In this document: in pieces, positions 18,710 to 25,683 of the stretch
Layout of the letters: every line of letters begins with the position of its first letter
Numbering within the stretch: position 1 is the stretch's first letter
NCBI GenBank assembly: GCA_964348035.1
Contig: CAYGBF010000296.1
Coordinates: 1-31,309, forward strand
Reading direction: 5' to 3'
Length of the DNA: 31,309 nt
DNA from: an uncultured Eubacteriales bacterium
GTDB lineage: Bacteria; Acidobacteriota; Aminicenantia; Aminicenantales; Aminicenantaceae
Position numbers and translations under genes: made by a program
Notes under the pieces: model-generated
What the model saw: only the letters and a program-made list of their open reading frames with translations
Database searches by the model: none
What the model was told of the DNA's origin: nothing

Positions 18710-19523
18710 CAAAATCAAGATCGGTGGAGAGAATCCTTTCTTCTTGATAGCCGGTCCCTGTGTCATCGAAGGCCAGAATCATGCTTTTATGATGGCCAAG
18801 GAACTCAAAAAAACGTGTGAAGACTTCCCGATGTCTTTTATCTTCAAGGCATCTTATGATAAAGCCAACCGGTCCTCTCTTCACTCCTTTCGCGGCCCGG
18901 GCCTCGAGAAGGGACTGGATATTCTCAGGCAGATCAAAGAAGAGCTAGACATCCCGGTAATCTCTGACGTTCACGAAACTGGACAGATAGAGAAAGCCGC
19001 TCAAGTTTTAGACATGATACAAATCCCGGCTTTTCTCAGCCGTCAGACTGATCTCATCGTCGAAGCCGCGAAAACAAGAAAACCGATGAATATAAAGAAA
19101 GGTCAGTTCCTCTCTCCCTATGACATGAAAAACGTCATCGACAAAGCCTTAAACCAGGGAAACGAAAAGATCATCCTGACCGAGAGAGGAACGTCTTTCG
19201 GATACAACAACCTCGTTTTCGATGTCCGCTCCATCCCGATCATGAAAAAATGGGGATTTCCCGTGGTCATAGATGCCTCCCACAGCGTTCAAAAACCCGG
19301 AGGGGAGGGCCATTTTTCAGGGGGAGAGGCGGAATTTATCCCCCTCATTGCCCAGGCGGGGATCTGCGTGGGTGCAGACGGGCTTTTCCTCGAGGTCCAC
19401 GACAATCCTCCGGAGGCCTTATCAGACAAGCTCAACTCTCTGAGCTTGGATAAACTCAAGCCCCTCCTGGGTTCCGTCCTGTCCCTGAAAGATTGGAGGG
19501 AAGGGAATCAAGGTCTCTTCTAG
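18675..19523 (+). CDS. kdsA: KDO8P synthase
   Basis: IAGPCVIE, KASYDKANRSS, QIPAFLSRQTDL, KKGQF, ERGTSFGY, DASHSVQKPG. Confidence 0.96.
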   Translation: MTIIAREVSINNKIKIGGENPFFLIAGPCVIEGQNHAFMMAKELKKTCEDFPMSFIFKASYDKANRSSLHSFRGPGLEKGLDILRQIKEELDIPVISDVHETGQIEKAAQVLDMIQIPAFLSRQTDLIVEAAKTRKPMNIKKGQFLSPYDMKNVIDKALNQGNEKIILTERGTSFGYNNLVFDVRSIPIMKKWGFPVVIDASHSVQKPGGEGHFSGGEAEFIPLIAQAGICVGADGLFLEVHDNPPEALSDKLNSLSLDKLKPLLGSVLSLKDWREGNQGLF

Positions 19524-19537
19524 GGGAGAGTGAGACG

Positions 19538-20509
19538 ATGAAAAAAGACGAAATCCTGAAGACCGGTATCGAAGTGTTGAGCATAGAGGCTAAGGCCGTC
19601 GAATCATTAGCCCGCAGCTTGGACGAGAACTTTACCCAGGCTGTCGAGCTTATCTACGAGTCAAACGCCCGGGTGATCGTCACCGGTATGGGCAAATCCG
19701 GCCTGATCGGCCGGAAGATTGCAGCCACCCTCTCCAGTTGTGGGACTCCGTCTATCTTCATCCATCCCGCTGAAGCCGGACATGGGGACCTGGGCATGAT
19801 TCTCAAGCATGATATCCTGATCGCGATTTCATACAGCGGAGAAACCCGTGAGATCATCGACCTCTTGGAATTTGTCAAGAGAATCGGCGTCAGACTCATC
19901 AGCATCACTGGGGATAAGGATTCTAAGCTGGCTAAATACAGCGATATCGTCCTCGAGGCCAAAGTGGCGCAGGAAGCTGAGCCTTCATTCCTGATTCCGA
20001 CATCGAGCTCAACGGCCGCCTTGGCCTTGGGAGATGCGATCGCTATTGCCTTGATGAAGAAAAGGGGGTTTGGAGAAAGAGATTTTGCTTTTTTCCACCC
20101 CAAGGGGCAGGCGGGTAAAAAACTTCTCAAAGTCGTTCAACTCATGCACAAAGGCCAACAGATTCCTCGAGTCCTACAGGATGCCCGGATGAAGGATGTC
20201 CTGGAGGAGATGAGCCAAAAAAAATTCGGGATGACGAGTGTTACCGATGAAGAGGGGATACTCAAGGGTATCATAACCGACGGCGATCTTAGAAGGATGG
20301 TTCAAAAATACAAGAAGAGTTTCCTCGAGAAGACGGCTGAGGATTGTATGACGCCCAACCCGAAAACCATCGACGAAGATGACTTAGCCACCGAAGCCCT
20401 GCTTGTTATGGAGGAGAACAGGATCACTTCCCTGATTGTCACGAACAAGAAGGGCGAACTCGTCGGGATTATCCACCTCCATGATCTGTGGCGGACTGAG
20501 ATGTTCTGA
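19538..20509 (+). CDS. kdsD: Arabinose-5-phosphate isomerase (KpsF/GutQ family, SIS plus 2 CBS)
   Basis: GMGKSGLIG, FIHPAEAGHGDLG, SYSGET, HPKG, CBS pair. Start set at 19538 behind SD GGGGAG. Confidence 0.93.
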   Translation: MKKDEILKTGIEVLSIEAKAVESLARSLDENFTQAVELIYESNARVIVTGMGKSGLIGRKIAATLSSCGTPSIFIHPAEAGHGDLGMILKHDILIAISYSGETREIIDLLEFVKRIGVRLISITGDKDSKLAKYSDIVLEAKVAQEAEPSFLIPTSSSTAALALGDAIAIALMKKRGFGERDFAFFHPKGQAGKKLLKVVQLMHKGQQIPRVLQDARMKDVLEEMSQKKFGMTSVTDEEGILKGIITDGDLRRMVQKYKKSFLEKTAEDCMTPNPKTIDEDDLATEALLVMEENRITSLIVTNKKGELVGIIHLHDLWRTEMF

Positions 20510-21072
20510 TGACCAAGGAGCAGAGAGCCCAAAGAGTCAAAATGATCCTGATGGATGTGGACGGTACTCTGACCGACGGCAACCTTCTCATCCTCCCAGA
20601 CGGGGAAGAGCTCAAAACCTACAATGTCCGGGACGGGGCAGGAATTCTTATGGCTCATCTGGCGGGGTTGAAAACGGGGATCATCACCGGAAAGACATCG
20701 AAAACCTTGGAAATGCGGGCCGAAAAACTCCGAATGGATGAGGTACACCAGGGAATCTTGGATAAAAAAAGAAGCCTGGACGAGATCATGGGTAAGCACC
20801 AACTGAATCCTGAAGAGATTGCCTATATCGGAGACGATCTGGGCGATCTGGCTGTTCTCCAAGCTGTGGGTCTGGCCGCAGCCGTCGCTGATGCTCATCC
20901 TGAAGTCCAAAAAAAGAGTCATTTCATCTGCGCCCAACCGGGGGGAAGGGGGGCCGTGCGAGAATTCATCGAATTCATCCTCGAAGCACAGGATAAATGG
21001 AAGACGGTCGAGGCCAACTTCAAGAACCTCGCCGACTTGAAAGATTTAGAAAAAAAAGGGGAAACAAGCTGA
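20509..21072 (+). CDS. kdsC: KDO8P phosphatase (HAD family)
   Basis: DVDGTLTDG, NVRDGAG, IAYIGDDLGD, GGRGAVRE. Confidence 0.93.
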   Translation: MTKEQRAQRVKMILMDVDGTLTDGNLLILPDGEELKTYNVRDGAGILMAHLAGLKTGIITGKTSKTLEMRAEKLRMDEVHQGILDKKRSLDEIMGKHQLNPEEIAYIGDDLGDLAVLQAVGLAAAVADAHPEVQKKSHFICAQPGGRGAVREFIEFILEAQDKWKTVEANFKNLADLKDLEKKGETS

Positions 21073-21160
21073 AATCCTTAGACAGAGGTAAGAGAGAAAG
21101 AGCTGAATCTCTTGTGTTTATCCAAAAATACTCGATTCCGCTGGCCAAAGGAGGAAAAAG

Positions 21161-22531
21161 GTGAACATCAATCCTGACATAGTCAGGCGGTACGACATAA
21201 GGGGAACCGTGGATAAAGACCTCACGGCAGAAACGGTCGAATGGCTCGCCAAGGGTATAGGCACCTATATCCGACAGCAAGGCAGAAAACAGGTGGTGCT
21301 GGGCAGAGACTGCCGTCTTAGCTCGCCCACATTCTCCGATATTCTGACCAAAGGTCTTCTCTCTACCGGCTGTTCTGTCGTCGATCTGGGAGTCATCCCG
21401 ACGCCTCTCCTTTATTTCGCTATTTACTACAAAGAAAAGGAGGCAGGAATCATCATCACCGGCTCCCACAATCCTCCCGAGTACAACGGCTTCAAGATCA
21501 TGGTGGGGGAAGAAACGCTTTACGGGCCCGCCATCCAGGACATATACGCCATCATCAAGGACGGCCGTTTTGTCGAAGAAGAGGGAGGTTCCCGTACCGC
21601 CGACAACATCATCCCTGAATACGAAGATTACATCCTAGATGATGTTAAGCTCGAGAGAAAGTTAACGGTTGTCGTTGACGCCGGAAACGGCACGGCAGGT
21701 TTTGTGGCCTCCCCGGTATTCAAAAAATTAGGGTGTGAAGTCATCGAGCTCTACTGCGAGATGGACGGGACCTTTCCCAACCACCATCCAGATCCGACTC
21801 TTCCCGACGCCCTCCAGGATCTTATCAGAACCGTGAAGGATACGCAGGCGGACTTGGGAATAGCCTACGACGGAGACGGCGATCGGATAGGGGTCATCGA
21901 TGATGAGGGAACCATCATCTGGGGTGATCAGCTGATGATCATCTTCGCCCGGGATATACTCCCTGCGAACCCGGGGGCTCCGATTATCTCCGAAGTCAAA
22001 GCCTCCAAACTCCTGTACGACGAAATCCAAAACCTAGGAGGCCGGCCGGTGATGTGGAAGACAGGGCATTCCCTGATTAAGAAAAAGATCAAGGAGGAAA
22101 AGGCCCTCCTGGCTGGGGAAATGAGCGGCCATATTTTCTTCGCCGACAGGTTTTTCGGTTTCGATGATGCCATCTATTCATCGGCTCGACTCCTGGAAAT
22201 CCTGTCTCGATCGGAAAAAAAACTCTCCCAGATGCTATCCGACCTTCCCCAGATGTACCACACACCAGAAATCAGGATTTATGCTTCGGACCTAGTCAAG
22301 TTTAAGATCGTCGAAGAGGTCAAAAAAGAGCTCTCAGAAAAGTATCCGATCATCGACATAGACGGAGTACGGGCCAATTACCCGACTGGATGGGCCCTGG
22401 TCAGGGCCTCGAACACCCAAGAAAACCTTGTTCTGCGCTTCGAAGCGAAAACTCAAGCAGACCTGGAGGCCATAAAGAAAGAAGTCGAACAGACCGTCGA
22501 GAATGTAATCCAGAGGTTGGAAGACTCTTAA
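21161..22531 (+). CDS. Phosphomannomutase/phosphoglucomutase
   Basis: TGSHNP phosphoserine loop, DGDGDR metal site, GEMSGH, RASNTQ; SD AGGAGG before the GTG. Confidence 0.95.
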   Translation: MNINPDIVRRYDIRGTVDKDLTAETVEWLAKGIGTYIRQQGRKQVVLGRDCRLSSPTFSDILTKGLLSTGCSVVDLGVIPTPLLYFAIYYKEKEAGIIITGSHNPPEYNGFKIMVGEETLYGPAIQDIYAIIKDGRFVEEEGGSRTADNIIPEYEDYILDDVKLERKLTVVVDAGNGTAGFVASPVFKKLGCEVIELYCEMDGTFPNHHPDPTLPDALQDLIRTVKDTQADLGIAYDGDGDRIGVIDDEGTIIWGDQLMIIFARDILPANPGAPIISEVKASKLLYDEIQNLGGRPVMWKTGHSLIKKKIKEEKALLAGEMSGHIFFADRFFGFDDAIYSSARLLEILSRSEKKLSQMLSDLPQMYHTPEIRIYASDLVKFKIVEEVKKELSEKYPIIDIDGVRANYPTGWALVRASNTQENLVLRFEAKTQADLEAIKKEVEQTVENVIQRLEDS

Positions 22532-22601
22532 CAACAGCCGATACCGCTCCACCATGCGGTTAGGCCAAGACATAAATTCAGTCTTTTGAGACGAGGGAAA
22601 A

Positions 22602-23678
22602 ATGGACTTTCGGGCCGTTATCATGGCTGGAGGAACCGGAACCCGGTTCTGGCCTTTAAGCCGTCAGAAAAAACCAAAACAGTTTCTCCCGATCATCAGC
22701 CAAAAAACGATGATCGAAGAGACTGTCCACCGCATAATACCTCTTATCCCATCCCCTAAAATTTATACAATCGCCAACCAGGAACAGACTCGGTCTATAC
22801 ACAATCTTCTCCCAGACATCCCTGAAACCAACCTCCTCGTTGAGCCTCGAGGTAAAAACACGGCTCCTTCGCTGATCTTGGCCACAGCTTCGATTTACCT
22901 CCAAAATCCAGAAGCGGTCGTGGCCGCCCTCCCCGCTGATCACCTCATCAAGGACGCCCCTGTCTTCCTCCAAAAACTGAAAGCTGCTGCCGAGACAGCT
23001 GCGAACAGCGAACAACTGATCATCTTCGGCATCCCCCCGGTATTTCCGGCCACGGGGTATGGATATATCCAGTTTTCCGAGATAAATCCGATAAAAATCA
23101 GAGAAGAAGAGTTCTTCAAGGTTATGGAGTTCAAGGAAAAGCCAGAGCAAGAACAGGCCCAGTCCTTCTTGGAGCAGGGAAATTACTACTGGAACTCGGG
23201 CATGTTTATCTGGCAGGCGAGCGTCTTTGCTCAAAAGCTCGAGCAGTTCGCTCCCGAGATGTCCGTGTACTGGAAAAGAGTTCTGGAAGCCCTCGAAAAC
23301 GACAGTCCCAGCCATATACAGGATGTTTTTGATGAGATCCCCTCCATCTCTATCGATTATGCCCTGATGGAGAAAGCTCAAGGCGTTAGAATGTGCAAGG
23401 GAGATTTTGGCTGGTCTGATGTCGGGGTTTGGTCTTCCCTTGTCGACATCTGGTCCCAGGACGATAAAAGGAATGCCCTCAGAGGAGAGAGCATCGTCCT
23501 GGACGCCACGAGCTGCCTCCTCCACAACCCCCAAAAGCTGACCGCTTTAATCGGAGTCAAGGACCTCGTCGTGGTCAACACCGAGGATGCCCTCCTCATC
23601 TGTCATAAGGAGCAGGACCAGAGGATTAAGGACATCGTTGAGATCCTGAAGAAAAAAGGCAAAGACGAGTATTTATGA
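22602..23678 (+). CDS. manC: Mannose-1-phosphate guanylyltransferase (no cupin PMI domain)
   Basis: IMAGGTGTRFWPLSR..KPKQFL, EPRGKNTAP, PADH, GYGYI, FKEKP, WNSGMF, SIDYALME, WSDVG. Confidence 0.92.
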   Translation: MDFRAVIMAGGTGTRFWPLSRQKKPKQFLPIISQKTMIEETVHRIIPLIPSPKIYTIANQEQTRSIHNLLPDIPETNLLVEPRGKNTAPSLILATASIYLQNPEAVVAALPADHLIKDAPVFLQKLKAAAETAANSEQLIIFGIPPVFPATGYGYIQFSEINPIKIREEEFFKVMEFKEKPEQEQAQSFLEQGNYYWNSGMFIWQASVFAQKLEQFAPEMSVYWKRVLEALENDSPSHIQDVFDEIPSISIDYALMEKAQGVRMCKGDFGWSDVGVWSSLVDIWSQDDKRNALRGESIVLDATSCLLHNPQKLTALIGVKDLVVVNTEDALLICHKEQDQRIKDIVEILKKKGKDEYL

Positions 23679-23704
23679 GTTTCAGGAGAGCCCACCCCCT
23701 CATC

Positions 23705-23726
23705 TCGAATAATCTGGATTATTCGA
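23705..23726. promoter_or_regulatory. 22-bp dyad, candidate operator or hairpin
   Basis: TCGAATAATC-TG-GATTATTCGA, perfect 10-bp arms. Confidence 0.45.
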
Positions 23727-23804
23727 TCTAGCATAGACATTTATTCTCATCACGTTTTTGGGGATGCTTCCTTGAACGTAAAAAACACCAGAAAGCCTTT
23801 TGGG

Positions 23805-23849
23805 GCTCAATATATAGTGGCTGAATAAATTAACCACTATATTTAGCGC
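23805..23849. promoter_or_regulatory. Tandem NrdR-box-like motifs
   Basis: GCTCAATATATAGTGG (23805-23820) and CCACTATATTTAGCGC (23834-23849) fit the acaCwAtATaTwGtgt consensus core; TATAAT at 23863-23868. Spacing is 29 bp start-to-start. Confidence 0.4.
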
Positions 23850-23970
23850 TTCCTCCTCTATGTATAATGACGAACTCCCTCTGAGGATCTTGTGAATTTA
23901 TCCCTGAAATCTCCTAGAAAACGATCTTACTTCAGACTAAAAAATCTTATTCTCTCCTGAACCATTTTAT

Positions 23971-23999
23971 TTGACAGAGGAAAAGATATTTTCTATATT
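23971..23999 (+). promoter_or_regulatory. sigma70 promoter of the DUF362 gene
   Basis: TTGACA-17 bp-TATATT, 36 bp before the ATG. Confidence 0.6.
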
Positions 24000-24035
24000 A
24001 ATAATTCCCGCCATAACCCAGAAAAGGAAGAAAAA

Positions 24036-25304
24036 ATGAATCGAGTCACCAACAAAGACCTTTTCAAAAGGCGAGATTTCTTGAAGATGATCGCTGGAGG
24101 GGCCTTCGTGGCCGCACTCGATCCTACCTCTTTTACAGATATAGCCGGCAAAAGGAAAACCAAACTCTTTTGGGTGAAAAGGATTCCTCAGCAGCCCTTC
24201 TACCATCTTGACCAGTCCAATTATCATGCCGGAATCGACTGTCTTCTCCAGCTCATGGGAAAGAAAGGGCTCAAATTTTACCGATCAGCCAAAAAAACGC
24301 CTCTCAGCAGCAAGAGGGGACTGATCGGAGCGGAGGACGTGGTCTTGATCAAGGTCAACGCCCAGTGGAAATACAGGGGCTGCACCAACAGCGACCTCAT
24401 CCGGGGGCTGGTTCAGAGGGTCTTGGATCATCCCGATGTTTTTACCGGTGAGGTCGTCATCTTTGAGAACGGCCAAGGCCGCGGCAGCCTGAACTGTGAC
24501 ACCTCCCGTTCTTACTCAAACAGCGAAGTCCACGCTAACGCCCTCGACGAATCCCACTCCTTTACCTATCTTGTCGAGACAATCTTCCAGGATCCCCGCG
24601 CCTCCTCCTATCTCCTCGACCCGATAAAATCCAGGTTCATCGACGAGGATGACCATGAAACCGATGGCTACCGCAGGTACGAGAATGTTTCCTATCCCTG
24701 CTTCACAACCCAGGGAGGACACAGGATAGAACTCCAGAAAGGCCTCTGGACAGGAGATGGGTACGCTCAGAATCTCAAGCTGATCAATGTCCCGGTGCTG
24801 AAGCATCATGATAGAGGGGGCTCAGAGATAACTGCCTCTCTCAAGCATGTCTACGGCATCGTCTCGATGTCTGACGGACAGAGCGGTTACCGTCATTACC
24901 AGGGCCTTGGGGATACCTGCGGGAAGATGATGGTGTCTGTCTGCACCCCGGTCCTGAATATCATGGATGCCATCTGGGTCTCCCACCGGTCTCTCGGCGG
25001 GCATCCGACCTCTGTCCCTTATCGAGCCCAGCAGATTATTGCCAGCCAGGACCCTGTGGCCCTGGATTACTGGGCGGCAAAAAAAATCATGTATCCAATC
25101 GACAAGAACCACCGGCATCATCCACTGTTTCCCGGAATCCAAAAATGGCTAATCGACGCTGAGGAGATCATTAACACCCGAGGCGGACTTTTCCACCGCC
25201 AAAAGGGGATATTTGTCAGGAAGGTCACTCAAAATGAAAATAAAATGGAGGCCTATAAAGCCAACGCCAAGCGTTTCCTCAGAAGATACCTAAGACGGGC
25301 TTAG
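24036..25304 (+). CDS. DUF362-family protein with twin-arginine signal
   Basis: KRRDFLK Tat motif; DVVLIKVN, LINVPVLKHH, TASLKHVYG, ASQDPVALD. Confidence 0.75.
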   Translation: MNRVTNKDLFKRRDFLKMIAGGAFVAALDPTSFTDIAGKRKTKLFWVKRIPQQPFYHLDQSNYHAGIDCLLQLMGKKGLKFYRSAKKTPLSSKRGLIGAEDVVLIKVNAQWKYRGCTNSDLIRGLVQRVLDHPDVFTGEVVIFENGQGRGSLNCDTSRSYSNSEVHANALDESHSFTYLVETIFQDPRASSYLLDPIKSRFIDEDDHETDGYRRYENVSYPCFTTQGGHRIELQKGLWTGDGYAQNLKLINVPVLKHHDRGGSEITASLKHVYGIVSMSDGQSGYRHYQGLGDTCGKMMVSVCTPVLNIMDAIWVSHRSLGGHPTSVPYRAQQIIASQDPVALDYWAAKKIMYPIDKNHRHHPLFPGIQKWLIDAEEIINTRGGLFHRQKGIFVRKVTQNENKMEAYKANAKRFLRRYLRRA

Positions 25305-25326
25305 GAAGATCACTTCCTGAGTCGGA

Positions 25327-25683
25327 CTAACTCCACTCTGTACATTTATTCTCCACTCTCATCAGCCTCAAGAACGTGGCTTTTCTTTTCAGCAGGGATT
25401 CAATCACTTTTGGTAAGGCTTGGGAAACCTGGTAGGGCGTGTCGTGGATAAAAATGATCGCTTTTTTATTCTTTCGGATATTCCTTTTCAATCTTTTGTC
25501 CAACTTCGTCGGGTCTTTTATTATCCAGTCAATATAATCGTAGAATGCGATATTCATTATCTCTCGAACAGAATCGAGACTTCCGAGTAGTCTTTTATCT
25601 TCGATGAATGCGATTTCTTGATCGGTAGCCGGGACTTCATCATCACTGGCTCCCAAATGTTCAGGATGAATGTATCTAAACAA
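25327..25683 (-). pseudogene. Fragment of a NodB/polysaccharide deacetylase (C-terminal half)
   Basis: YDYIDWIIKDP...AIIFIHD...SQALPKVIESL..RKATFLRL matches CE4 motifs 4-5 and the C-terminal helix; the N-terminal DD, HxxxH and RPPY motifs were not found. Confidence 0.5.
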
